NCBI GenBank assembly: GCA_051453625.1
Contig: JBOZIK010000001.1
Span: forward strand, 8,477,068-8,515,324
Source: Welwitschia mirabilis
Lineage: Eukaryota
Direction: 5' to 3'
Length of the DNA: 38,257 nucleotides
Made by a program: the position numbers and the translations under genes. The notes under the pieces were generated by a model. The model saw only the letters and a program-made list of their open reading frames with translations, was not told the DNA's origin and ran no database searches. Positions within the stretch are counted from its first letter, which is position 1. Each line of letters starts with the position of its first letter. Shown in pieces: positions 25,675-38,257 of the stretch.

Positions 25675-26029
25675 CTATCAAAAATAATTTCTACTAAAAT
25701 AAATTAAATATTATACAATAAATACCTTACTAGATTAATGTGGTTCCCTGACCTAGATACATTCACACATAGAGTGTAGCCTTCTTTCGTACCTCTGAAT
25801 ATTCTTAGCCTGCAAGGTAGTGGTTTTAAAACATCATCGATCTTACATACAATTGAGATGCTCCTCTCAAGGCAGCATTCTCTTCCCCTTTGGAATATTC
25901 AATATATTAAAATAAAAATGTGCTCACAAGTACTTATAGAAGCATACCCATATAAGGATTGCCTTATAATATGGAAAACTTAGCTAGGGATCCTAAGATT
26001 TAAAATAATAAATGGACTATAATGAGTGT

Positions 26030-27055
26030 GTTAAAAAATATGATAGTTTCATATTTTAATTTCCAATAAATAATAATAACAAATGAAACAACAAGCTTGA
26101 AAATATATTTCTTTAATAAAGTGCTTGAGTTCTTCCTTATTGTTATAATCCACAAGTGTCAAAGATTAGAGTGCTGTAGCTTTATAAGAGCCAATGATCA
26201 AATGATGTATTCACTAGATAGTATTTTGCAAAAGATAGCTAAAAGCTTCCTATTTAGTACAAATCACCTATGGAGTCATGTGTTTCTTTTTCTTTTCTCT
26301 TTGTATCATTTATACTTCTGATGTGTTTCTAACTATTTTCCTAGGGAGATAGTTGTTTGAAAACATGTAAATATTGTGTAATTGATTAAAATAGCTAAGT
26401 TTTAGGTGTTCAATGATTATTTTATTTTCTGCAAATCTTTGGGATAGATGTCTTTTAGATGATAGTTGTCTCTTATTAGGTAGACATTTTTAACATGGAA
26501 GGCATCTCTGCTTAAACTGTCTAGATTTCGATAAAATGTGAACTACAGTTTCTATGACCCTTAGTGATAATGCATTCAAGATGCAAAACTTCATTGATTT
26601 TCTGAGATGTAGATAACTCATCAAAAAATAATTTATTTCTATTACCTCTTCTAGTTTAGTATAAATGTCTTCAACTATGTAAACATCTTTTAATAGTTAA
26701 AGCAGTATGGACATCTTTAGTGTGATAGATATCTTTCACCTATCTCTAGTCCTTCATTTACTATAAACTTCTTTATTAATGCAAACATATTTTTCTGAAT
26801 GAAGTATATTTAGCATAGACATTTTTGATATGGAAAAAGTCTTTCCCATATACAACTTTACCTATGTAGATGTCTTTTGTCAGTTTTGTTTTATTATTTA
26901 TGAAATCCAAGCTGAAGTTTTTATGTAATGTAAAATTTAAGGTTTGACTTGGTTTGGTTCTTTTTAAGATTTGATGTTCTCCAATTTGACCTGTCTACAT
27001 AATAGACATAATACATTTAACAAGGGGAATCATCAAAATTAGAATTTTACCAATA
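26030..27055 (-). repeat. 3' LTR of the SIRE-like element
   Basis: Begins TATTGGTAAAA..TTTTGATGAT (TG decayed to TA) right after the PPT and contains repeated AGACATCT/AGATGTCT-like boxes. Far end uncertain. Confidence 0.55.
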
Positions 27056-27549
27056 ATCTCGCTCTTTTTAATGATCTCCAAGACTTGACAAATCTCATTA
27101 GTGTAATCAAGTTTTATTAGTGGAATGGAGATAGTTTAATGTAAGAGAGAGCATAATATAGTTTAATGTAAGAGAGAACATAATATATGACATAAGACAT
27201 GATAAATTTTAATAGATGTAAAAATATTCATTAACCACATACATAATCATGCAGAGTAGTAACTAAGAAGTAGTATAAATGATAAAACACATAAGTATTA
27301 GGTGATTGTAGATAACGAAACATGACAATAGTCAATAACATAACATGTAATGCATACCAACAACAATAACAAAACATGTAATATGTACCAACAAAAAAAA
27401 GTGATCATTAATAGTGATGTCACTCACAGGGAGTGTAATCCACCTATCTTAAGATCATATCCTCTAGACTCATATAGGATGTCCAATCGGATTTGCCTAT
27501 CTTCTCGCCCTTTTAGATAGTATAAAAAAGGAGCTAATCACTAAGAGCT

Positions 27550-29210
27550 GAGTCACTAGTACACTATGTGCCAACTTCTGCATCATTACTGTCATCATTA
27601 CTATCCATGGTGGTGGAGTTCTAAATGGTATACGAAGAGGAAGATATGGTGGAGCTGTGTGCCCCTTCCTGGATGGCTAAAATGATGACTTACCAGGGCA
27701 TTAAGAGACCTATCTCCTCATATGTAAATATGTCTCATGGTAATAAAAGCACAAAAGAAGCGAGCAGTGGCAATTTCAGCAAAAGATGATGGTGAAGTAG
27801 TGCTAAGAAATGGAACATGATTTGGTGTTGTAAAAGATGGTGATGGAGATGAAAGGCAAGGTGGTGATGATGGATAAGGGGGTGGTGGAGGTTATGAAGG
27901 CTATGTCAGATGGAAAATGGATATTTCAATTAAGGCCTATAAAAGATAAGGGGTTAATCATCAAAGATCTTAGAGTTTTCCTATTACTTTCCCTATATCT
28001 ATGATATAGTGTATGCTCCTCCCATGCTTGTGTTCAAGCCTAGTGCTCCCTTGTGTCTATGCCTTCTCTGCTATGGACTCTAAAGAATTATTATTTGCTA
28101 CATGACCTAAGTTATATCTTGTAGAATAAGATGTCAGAGGTACCTTTACCTCTAATTCCTCCTTAGAATTAGACCAAGTAGGAGTCCCCATGGATTTCCA
28201 ACTACCTATATGAGTCTCTCCTTCACTAGGTATGAAACAGTGCTTCTTCAACCTTAAGAAGTTACATCCAAATCTTAGTGTGATCTTAATAATATCCTTC
28301 AGACCTTTCTTTATTGATGATGAACTATGAATGCTGCAGAGTAACAATGCTAAAACTATGATTTTAAAGGTCTTCTACTTGTGCCTTTACTAGCTAATAC
28401 TAGTGCTCATCATTTTTGGCTTCTTTAGTTGAATAAGATTCATCTATGACACTAAGATGCTAGTATTACTAATAATCATACAAATCAAGAAATGGTGACT
28501 CAAAGTCTGACCCTTCTGAAAAAGAGTAATGATATCCATACATCAAATAAAATTAAGATTAATCTTTATCCTAGTAAGAAGATAATAAATTACAAATGTC
28601 TACATTGAATTGCAATAGCTATAGCTACCATCCCAAACAAGTGTATTACAGAATGTGACTAAACCCAAAATAGAGGCATCTGGTACCATATCTTTATGTT
28701 CTATATTCTCATAAAAATTCATTCTAGGATGCCTAAAAAGTACATTGCTTATTAAATGTTGTGAAATATTAACAAAGAGATAGATAAATATCTATTTTAA
28801 AGAATGTGCATATAATTATAAAAGATTTAAATCATCTATATCAAGCATGAAATTCACAAAAGTAGGTATGATAAATAGAGAAGTATCTTGTACTTAAGTT
28901 TGAAATGTCCAAGTGCAATCATCTATCTCATGAATGTTAGCATAGAATTCCCTAACTATGGAGTCTAGAATGACCTCTTCCTATCAAACTACCATGTTCC
29001 AATCAATAAGTGAAAATATGCAAGAAGATGATCTTTTCTCTACTTTTTAAATCCAAGAGTCCATTCTACAATGATGGAGTTTCTAGTCTATGTTTTAAAA
29101 TGTTTGGTAGTACACTCACAATAAAATTGAGATTCATACTATGATTTGTATGATTCTATGGCAAGTTATTTTTCTTTGGAGGCATCAAAGGACTTTCTCC
29201 TCATCATGCT
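27550..29210 (-). pseudogene. Env-like / putative plant transposon protein ORF of the SIRE-like element
   Basis: DSIVREFYANIHEI (~28925-28966) matches the VREFYAN hallmark of this ORF class. Pro/Ser-rich C-terminal part at ~27780-27900. Confidence 0.7.
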
Positions 29211-29889
29211 TGAAGAAAATATGGAAGGAACTAAACTAATGACATGAAAGATTCAAAAAAAAAAATAACAATTATTTAAGAAAAAAACACCTATTGTACT
29301 AGCTGTGAAGACTTATTCCAAATCAAAGATGTCTTTGCTAAGAGATCTAAGAAAAATGAGCTAAAAAAGGAGATTTGAGAGGGACACCTATTGAGTAAAG
29401 TATTGAAAATGATACATGGTAACCCATTTTGTAATTAAAAATGTCTAAAACCCTCATTTTTGCATGCATTTTAATTTTAGAATAATTCTTAAGGAAACAT
29501 CCATTTTGATAAAAGATGTCTTTTGTTAAAACTTTTATAAGTCATTTGCATACTGTAAATACATCCACCTATTTAGAGATGTCTATTTTAAAAAAAAACA
29601 AAGAAAACATATCTACCCTTTAAAGATGTCTGACATATAAAGACATATGCTTAATAGAAATCTACAATTTTGATGATGTCTCCATGATAGACATCTTGCA
29701 TTTAAAAATGTCTTCATTAAAAGATTAAAAAAACTTTAAAATTTTATTCAAATAACATCATGATAAATGCATTACAACAAACAGTAAAGTATCATGCCAT
29801 AATTTACTATTTTAGGGTCCAACTATAATCTCAACTCATGAAATATCATAAAGTGGAGATGAGATTTTAAAAGTGATTACCTGCTAACT

Positions 29890-32800
29890 TACCTAATTAG
29901 ACAAGGCTCAATCCTCAAGTTTCTGCATAATTTAATAAACTTGCCACCACATAGTGGTTTAGTGAAGAAATCAGTGAGTTGATCATTGATATTAATGTAT
30001 TATAGCATGATGTTCTTATTCTATACATATCCTTTAAGAAAATGATATCTGATCTTGATATGTTTGCTTCTTAAATGTTGTATTAGATTTTTCAAAATGT
30101 TGAAAGAACTTTTGTTATCACAAAAGATGGAAATGATCTTCAAGGATAATGCAAATTTTTTTAAACTTTATTTCACCCAAAGTAGCTGAGCATAATAACT
30201 CCCAGTAATAATGTATTTAGCCTCAACAATTGAGAGAGTAGTTGAGTTTTGCTTTTTTCTCTTCCAAGATACTATACATTGCCTAAGTAACCACTTGTGT
30301 TCCTTCTATCATCTTTGCATGTTACCTAATCTATGTCATAATATCCAACTAGATTAAGGTAAGAGTCCTTTGAATACCCAAGTTTCCAGTTAGTAGTATC
30401 TTTTACATAATAGAAAATTCTTTTAACTGCCATAAGAAGTGATTCTCTAGGATTACCTTCATAATAAGCATAAGTTTCCTATCCTCAAAATGATATCAAG
30501 CCTACTAGTAGTAAGATACAATAAAATACTAATCATACCTCTGTTTAGCTTCTGGTCAATCTTTTTACTATGCTCATCTTTGTTTAGTTTGATGCTTTAT
30601 TTCATTGGGATATCTTTGTTTAGTTTGATGCTTTAGTTCATTGGGATATCTTTTTACTATGCTCATCTTTGTTTAGTTTGATGCTTTAGTTCATTGGGAT
30701 ATCTTTTGCTTTGCAATTCTGTAAGCCATACTTGACTAGCAAATTTTTAATATACTTAGTTTAAGAAATGAATGCACCTTATTTGTGTTGCACAACTTGA
30801 ATCCTTGAGAAGTTACTAATTTCCCTCATAAGACCTATTTCAAACTCATAATCTTAACAAACTTCTTACATAATAATTCATTAGTAGATCCAAAATAATA
30901 TCATCCACATAGATTTGTGCAATAGTACAATTCTTATCATCCTTTTTAATAAATATTTAACATTAGATGCAACTTGTTTATATCTATTTTTTATTAGATG
31001 GCCCAAAAATTTTTCATACCGAGCTTTAGGTGCTTGCTTGAGAACATAAAGAGTCTTTTTTAGTTTGTAAATATAGTCTGATTTATGAGAATTCATAAAT
31101 CCTTTAGGTTACTTAACATATATTTTTTCTTGAAGTAATCCATCTAGAATGCATGTTTAACATCCATTTGATAGAGTTTAAATCCTTTGATACATACAAA
31201 GGCTAGAAGCATTCTTATGGACTTCATATGAGCTACTAGTATATAGGTTTCTTCAAAGTCTATGCCTTCTTATTGATTATACCCTTTATCTACTCATCTT
31301 GCTTTATTTCTAATAAAATTACCATTTTTATTTGTTTTATTTCTAAAAAACTATTTTATGCCAATAATAGATCTCTTAAATGGTCTTATAGTGAGTTCCC
31401 AGATATTACATCTTTTAAATTGTTTAAGTTCCTTTTACATTACTAGCATCACATTTTACTTCATTGAAAGTCTTGGGTTCTACCTATGAGCTATAAGCTA
31501 TAAATCTAAAAAATTCCTCAATATAGCTTCAGGTTTGAATACCACCATACAAACTAACTATTGTATTACTTGTAGAGTGACTTCTTTTTAGTCTAATCAT
31601 ATTTTAAGAAGTTTCCTTATCTATTTCTTCTTTTTTCTTCTTCTTACTATCTGATTGTACTTGAGGATGGCTAGATGATTGATTAATCTATATCAGAATA
31701 TAGCCATCTTACACATAGATAGAAGTTGAGTCAATATCACTTATTTTAACATTTATGGTTTTATATACTACATGAGTTTTGTTATTAAATACTCTGTAGG
31801 ATTTACTAACTAGGAACTAACCCAAAAAATGCCATTATTAAATTTGGAATCAAATTTTCTTAGCTTATTATTTTTCATTTAAGATAAAGCATTTTGATCC
31901 AAATATGTGAAAATAACTTATAAATAGTTTCTTACTAGATCATAATTCATATGAAGTTTTGGAAGTGAAATGTCTTACCAGAAGTTAATTAGAAATGTAA
32001 CATGTAGTGTTGATGGCTTCTACCCAAAAATGATAAGGAACCTATTTATCATGCATCATTATTCTTGTCATTTCATTTAGAATTGTGTTATTTCTTTTAG
32101 AAACTTCATTTTTTGTGGGGCTCTTGGTGTAAAACATTGATGAAGAATATCAAGTAGTTCACAAAAATCTTTGAACTTTGCATTTTTAATTTCAATGCCA
32201 TTATTACTTCTTATTGTCTTTATCTAATATCCCTTATAGTTCTGTAACCTAATACATATCTTAGAGAAAAATTTAAATGCATGGTACTTATGTGTAAATA
32301 ATGATACCCATGTAAAATGAGAGTAGTCACAAAAAAAAGTTAGATAATATCTTTTCTTACCAAGAAATTCTATAGAAGATGGATCAACAATATCAAGACA
32401 TAAAATATTGAAAGCATGTTCAGTTGTAATAGGTTTTTCTTACCAAATCTTGTCCTTGTTTACTTTTCTTTTTGGTATGCTTCATAAACTTGATTATCAA
32501 TGCTTTACTACTTAGAAAGTCTGTTTATCAGTTTTTTTAAGAATAAGATTTTTAGCAAGTCTTTGTTTACATGTCCAAGCTTCCTGTGTCGCAGCTCCAT
32601 TTCACCTATAGTAATTAATAGATACTTGGTTTCTTTATTAGAAATATCTTATAAAGTAGTGATGTAGACATTAAATTTTTTTTATTCTAGTAAATAAGAC
32701 TTTGGTTGAATTATGTTCTTTGATAACATAATCATCTTTGATAAAAGTGACAAAAACATTTGTATTACATAACTAACTAATACTTAGTAGATTATACTAT

Positions 32801-34804
32801 AATTATTCTACAAAGAAAACGTCTTTTACCTTAGGTAGATTACTTCCTTTAATGGTTTCAATCCATCTGATAGATGCTTTTGTATTATTACCAACATGAC
32901 CACTCCTTTATCTTGCTCTACTAAGATGGTAAAGCTAGATCTATCTCTAGTAATGTGCCTGAAACACCCACTGTCAACATAATAGACATGTTTCTTTATT
33001 ACTTGTAATACAATCTGAGCTAATAGATCTGATCTTGATTTTAGAANNNNNNNNNNNNNNNNNNNNNNNNNNNNNNNNNNNNNNNNNNNNNNNNNNNNNN
33101 NNNNNNNNNNNNNNNNNNNNNNNNNNNNNNNNNNNNNNNNNNNNNNNNNNNNNNNNNNNNNNNNNNNNNNNNNNNNNNNNNNNNNNNNNNNNNNNNNNNN
33201 NNNNNNNNNNNNNNNNNNNNNNNNNNNNNNNNNNNNNNNNNNNNNNNNNNNNNNNNNNNNNNNNNNNNNNNNNNNNNNNNNNNNNNNNNNNNNNNNNNNN
33301 NNNNNNNNNNNNNNNNNNNNNNNNNNNNNNNNNNNNNNNNNNNNNNNNNNNNNNNNNNNNNNNNNNNNNNNNNNNNNNNNNNNNNNNNNNNNNNNNNNNN
33401 NNNNNNNNNNNNNNNNNNNNNNNNNNNNNNNNNNNNNNNNNNNNNNNNNNNNNNNNNNNNNNNNNNNNNNNNNNNNNNNNNNNNNNNNNNNNNNNNNNNN
33501 NNNNNNNNNNNNNNNNNNNNNNNNNNNNNNNNNNNNNNNNNNNNNNNNNNNNNCTGATCTTGATTTTAGAATCCATTTTTTCTTTGGTTTAGCTGACATA
33601 GAATATTGTACCATACTTTTTGGCCTTTTGGCATTATTAATGTACTATTTGATTTGGAATTTAGTTAGATAATTAAACTAGTATTGACCTCATTTGTAGT
33701 AATAATAATAGATAATATTATTGGTCTAAACTATATACACATACATTGAGTTGTAGTTCTATTTATTGAACAAGGAAGATAAAGTATCATGAAAGGATTT
33801 ATTATGAACTAAACCACTTTTATCATTTGAGCTTTTTCATTGTCCACGCATAAGACTAAAGGTCTTATTCCCTTGAGTAAAGTCTCACTAATTCTTTTTG
33901 AGTTAGAAAGCTCTTATTTAACATATTAAATTCACATATTAGTTTACTAATCTTATCATTAAGAGGTAAATTTTCAGGTGCTAACCTATTGTAAGAATCC
34001 TTTTTTAATTCATATTCTAATTTACAAGAATAAAGTAATCTTTTCCTTTTAGTACATACCTTTTGAAACTTAATGAATTCTTTAGAAATTAAACCATATT
34101 TGTCTTGAAGTTTCATACCTATTTCAGCTTCACTATCTAATTTAGATTCTTCTTTTATTTCATCTCTTTTCTTTTGGATATGTATAATAGCCATGTAAGA
34201 TGAATGATCTTTTTCATCATTATATGTTTCTAGTTTAGTTACATTCTCATAATCATCCCAACATGTGAAGAAAAATCTCCTTTTCATGGACTCTTTCTTT
34301 TGCATTTTTTCTCGTAATCTATTAGAGATAGGGTATTCTAAGGTTATGTATCCTAATCCTTCACAAACCCAACATTCTTAACTTAGAAACACCAAACTTA
34401 AAAAAAATGAAGAGCTATTATAAGTTTTACCTTTGAACTTACCTTTAGTTTGAAATTTGTATATTTTCTATAATCCTCCTTTTTGTTATTCTTTTGTGAA
34501 ATAAGTCTTTTAACTCACTTGGTCATTAGAGCAAGTTCTTTGTCTACATCATTTTTAGAGGAATATCCATCTGATCCTTCTTTTATTTTTTCTTTTGAAA
34601 TTTTTCTTGTATTTTCACTAGCTTTAAGAGAAATATGATTCTCTTTTAAGGCATCATCTTGAATAAGATTCATCTCATAAGTTGTTAGAGCACTTTGTAA
34701 TTCTTCAATCTTCATAGAGTTAAAATATTTTGATTCTTCAATGGCTATTGTCTTAGGCCTATATTCTAGAGTTAAGGATCTAACAACATTTTGGATTACC
34801 TTAA
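29890..34804 (-). pseudogene. Decayed copia gag-pol
   Basis: Gag KTIAIEESK ~34740, knuckle CWVCEGLGY ~34350, protease YVDSGCFRHIT ~32950-32985, LRHRKLGH ~32580, integrase FWVEAINTTCY ~32000-32030, RT YQMDVK ~31160 and YKLKKTLYVLKQAP, RNase H QLTDFFTKPL ~29955-29980. Confidence 0.92.
30560..30707. repeat. Near-perfect local triplication (~36-53 bp units) within copia RT
   Basis: atctttgtttagtttgatgcttta(t/g)ttcattgggat occurs three times; two copies are preceded by atctttttactatgctc. Confidence 0.9.
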
Positions 34805-36030
34805 TGTTGCAATGAATATTTATATAATGTTATGTCTTTAGTTAAATCTTATTAATCATAAAGATACACACAAATACAACACACTAATATAGATGGGGAG
34901 TGGACCAAAATGTTATAATTCCATTAAAGACATAAACAAGAAGAAAGAGAATTGATTTCAAATAAAATATTAATGTACTTTCTAAGTAGAACAAAGTAAC
35001 AATGCAAAGTAAATAATGCAACTAAACATACTTATGCAAATGATACGCAAAACTAATCTAAACACAACATATGTATGATTACCAAATCAACTTGTTAGAA
35101 AGATCAGTCTTGTATAATCTAGAACAATCAAGAAAAGCCATTACTAGACTAAGATCAACCTAAGCTCTCAAGTGCATTGAATAGAATATGAAACAATAGA
35201 AAATTAATCTAGAAAATGAAATGCAATGCATCTAATCATGATCTATATCACAGATGAATCTATTATAGAATCATAAGTAAGATAAACCATAAAGGATATG
35301 CACATAACAAAAGATATAAAAAGAAAAATAAAGTTTTGATCATATAAGAATTAACATTTATGTTACAAAGTAGCAATACCTCAATAAAGTGTACATTACC
35401 CAATACTAAGAAAGACATCTCTATGCAACTACAAGGATGGATCTCCTACCCTTCACTCTTCGATCATGAGAATTTTTAGTGCTAAAGAAAATAAAGTTAG
35501 AGTTGAGGATGAAGGTGGTATTTATTACAAATAGAGACTCTAAAAACAATAAATACTAATAGATATAATAAAACCCTAATGACAATGCAGGAATACATAG
35601 TACATATGAGAAAAGTTTGGTGAAATTTGATAAATAGTTATATTTAGATATCATCTTGCTAGTCATCTGAATATTACAAAAGATTATGCCATATCATGTA
35701 AAATCCATGTTAGCTACTAGATTAGTTTAGAAAGTGTCCTAGCTAGTATAAGTTCTTTTAATATCCGTATGATTGTCTAGATGATAAGGCAGATGATGGA
35801 TTTTGTGAAAATGTTTTTGTGTTAAATTAGCCTCTTGGATTATAGCATTTCTGCTTTAAATATGATGTATTGCAACTTATCTTAAATGCTATCAAATGTA
35901 ATGAAGATTGCATGTTTTCATGATATGTGCCTAGCTCTCTATTATTATAAAACTCAGCATAAACCTATCTAATATAATGTAAAACAACTTAAAATACCCT
36001 ATCAAATACATGCAATTTGGTAGCGCAACA
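34805..36030 (-). repeat. 3' LTR of a minus-strand LTR element inserted into the copia gag
   Basis: Perfect terminal inverted repeat TGTTGC...GCAACA, followed on the right by taggccccct (PPT on the minus strand). The left edge coincides with truncation of gag. Confidence 0.8.
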
Positions 36031-36696
36031 TAGGCCCCCTAGCCTTATCATTCTCTAACAAAATTAGGTGAACAACCATGATTGTAAGCTAAATTAACTA
36101 AAAATAAATTAATTAAGGAATTGTAAAATAAACTTAAAAATAATCTCAAGAATTTCAGAATGTAGAATAGAAATGTAAAAAATATATTACTGAATGTTTT
36201 ACTTATGCAGAGTACGTGACCATACTATCATTTTGGTGGTCATTCACACGATGGAAGGGATGATAGGCTTAAAAATTATTTTTGAAAAATAGAAGCCTAT
36301 AAAACATTTTTCAGAAAGATAAGCATTTAAACTTAACAATATTAACAACCCTCCACTTAGATGTACAACATGTCATAAAATAGTCAAGTTTAGCATAATA
36401 ATCTTTATCATAAAATATATCAATAATATGTAAATGATGCATACAATATCTCAAAAATAAAATGAACATGATCACAATACTTGGAAAATGATGTCTATGT
36501 AAAATTATGAGTTTTTTTTTAAGTAAAATTCATGGAGAGAAGTTATATAATACAATAATATAATAAATTGCTCCCTCGTTATGCCAAAATAAACTCTTAA
36601 TGTGTAGCAAGCTCAGGTGCATGTGGAGAAGATTAAGGACACTCAGTATCTATAGGGAAATGATGGTCAATGAATATCATGATAGATCATGTGGTT

Positions 36697-37136
36697 TCAT
36701 CTTCCTATACTTTGACTGCCTCTGGGATATCGATAGTAACATCATCCTATACGCGATGTATGCTATACTCTCCTTTTAATAGTGGATATCCTTTGTTGTA
36801 GCTCAGTGAAGCCTTAATTCATATAGCCTCTAAGTCCCTGTGTAGTATCTACTAGGAGTGTTATTANNNNNNNNNNNNNNNNNNNNNNNNNNNNNNNNNN
36901 NNNNNNNNNNNNNNNNNNNNNNNNNNNNNNNNNNNNNNNNNNNNNNNNNNNNNNNNNNNNNNNNNNTCATCTTCCTATACTTTGACTGCCTCTGGGATAT
37001 CGATAGCAACATCATCCTATACACGATGTATGCTATACTCTCGTTTCAATAGTGGATATCCTTTGTTGTAGCTCAGTGAAGCCTTGATTCATATAGCCTC
37101 TAAGTCCCTGTGTAGTATCTACTAGGAGTGTTATTA
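36697..37136. other. 170-bp duplicate on both sides of the 100-N gap (probable unmerged contig or haplotype overlap)
   Basis: 36697-36866 and 36967-37136 differ at 5 positions; the first copy ends at the gap and the second starts at it. Confidence 0.85.
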
Positions 37137-38243
37137 TAGTGTGTATTTATGTAAATGATTACACTTAAAAAGATCCTATCATTCATAAATAGATATAAGT
37201 ATTTACACAATAGAACATACTAACATAGACGAGAGTGAAGCCGAATGTCATAATCTATCAAAGGCCTAGGCTAGAAGAGAGATAATTGGTTTTGGAAAGA
37301 AACACTTACATATTATAGTAAAAAAAATAGAATGCAATATAGAAAATCATAATGCAAATACACTTATGCAAAGTTAACCCGAGAAAGAAAAATAATAATG
37401 CACCTAAACTAATAATGCTCAACCTTGACAAAGACTACCCTCATAATTTATATCATTTAAGAAGCTTTCATAGAATAAAAAATAACATAAACTATAAGGA
37501 ATAAATAATATAAAAAGCATAGGAAAATAGAAAATATTTCTTTATATTAATCTCAAATCAACATTCATGTCACATAGTGGCCATACCTTAATGGAAGAAT
37601 CATATCTTAACACCAAGAAAGACGTCTCTCTGTAAGTACATAGGATGAATTTTTGACACTTTGATATCCTCTCATAAAAATTTATGATGTAAGCAAAGAC
37701 AAGTAGGAGTCAAGGACAGAGTTAATACTTATTGATAAATAGACTTATAAAGCAGCAAACTAGAAAAACAAGTATGGGCACAACCCTCACAACTGAATAA
37801 GAGAAACAGAGATAAATGGAAAAGGGTAGGTGAAGTTCGACTAGAGCATTATAAGAGATGTCATCTTGATAGTCATCCAAACAATATAGGGGATGAATTC
37901 ACCTCATAAAAACTTCATGTCATCTATCAAATTAATTATAGTCAGCATCCTCATTGGCTTTAATTATTCTGTCATTCGTACGGTCGTCCAGATGATGAGG
38001 TGGATGATAGGCTTTTTACAAGTGTTTATGTAATGCATCAACCTCAATGTTTGTAGGTTGTTTACTTTAAAATAGAAAATATTGTAAATTGCTCTAAATG
38101 CCACAAAATGTTATGAAGAGTACATGCTTTTGTATCTTTCATCTTAGCCCTTCATTATCATAGAAATCCAACATAAATATGTTTAATATCCTATAAAACT
38201 ATTTAAAATACCTATTAAGTATATGCAAGTTGGTATCACAACA
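37132..38243 (-). repeat. Second, related 3' LTR nested in the internal region of the previous element
   Basis: End ATGCAAGTTGGTATCACAACA-TAGCCCCT parallels ATGCAATTTGGTAGCGCAACA-TAGGCCCCCT. Start TATTATAGTGTGTATTTAT aligns to TGTTGCAATGAATATTTAT. Shared internal AAGAAAGAC(A/G)TCTCT (35408 and 37615). Confidence 0.75.
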
Positions 38244-38257
38244 TAGCCCCTCATTTA

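Larger units (their letters stand above)
26030..34804 (-). mobile_element. Degenerate SIRE-like Ty1/copia element (gag-pol, env-like ORF, multiple PPT-like boxes, 3' LTR); 5' part interrupted by an LTR insertion at 34805
   Basis: Copia domain order with an extra downstream ORF. PPT-like AAAAAGAGCGAG-AT-TATTGG at ~27050-27069 and a second AAAAGGGCGAGAA at ~27502-27514. Left boundary approximate. Confidence 0.85.

Noticed and set aside
26300-29750. Recurrent AGACATCT/AGATGTCT boxes and the 27-bp tandem at 27131-27184 as a CRISPR-like array
   Set aside because: Irregularly spaced short motifs typical of SIRE LTR and linker regions; eukaryotic context with no cas genes.
36697-37136. 170-bp direct repeat as a real tandem duplication or mini-LTR pair
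   Set aside because: Both copies abut a 100-N placeholder gap exactly; assembly overlap is more parsimonious.

Overview
AT-rich plant nuclear DNA from a gapped scaffold with five N-gaps. The extreme loss of CpG/CHG and the TE types suggest a large-genome seed plant, possibly a gymnosperm, but the species cannot be identified from this window. There is one intact host gene: a two-exon MATE/DTX transporter on the minus strand (join 14431..14363, 14256..12829; about 498 aa) resembling DTX54/BIGE1. It appears to use a non-canonical GC-AG intron, has upstream ORFs, and sits in a ~5 kb CpG-retaining island. The rest is old, heavily C->T-deaminated, nested retroelements: a Tekay/Del-type gypsy inserted into the integrase of another gypsy, two SIRE-like copia remnants with env-like extra ORFs, an RTE-X-like LINE, and two related LTRs nested at the right end. 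The most unusual signal is a decayed minus-strand reading frame at ~23.2-24.5 kb that the ORF track misses. It has a retroelement-accessory-like N-terminal domain, a charged linker and a recognisable DnaJ J-domain (KDHYE..GI..AS..EI.KA.R...LKWH[P>L]DKN). A second decayed ORF of unknown family lies just upstream. Together these may be a mobile-element cassette carrying a captured Hsp70 co-chaperone domain.
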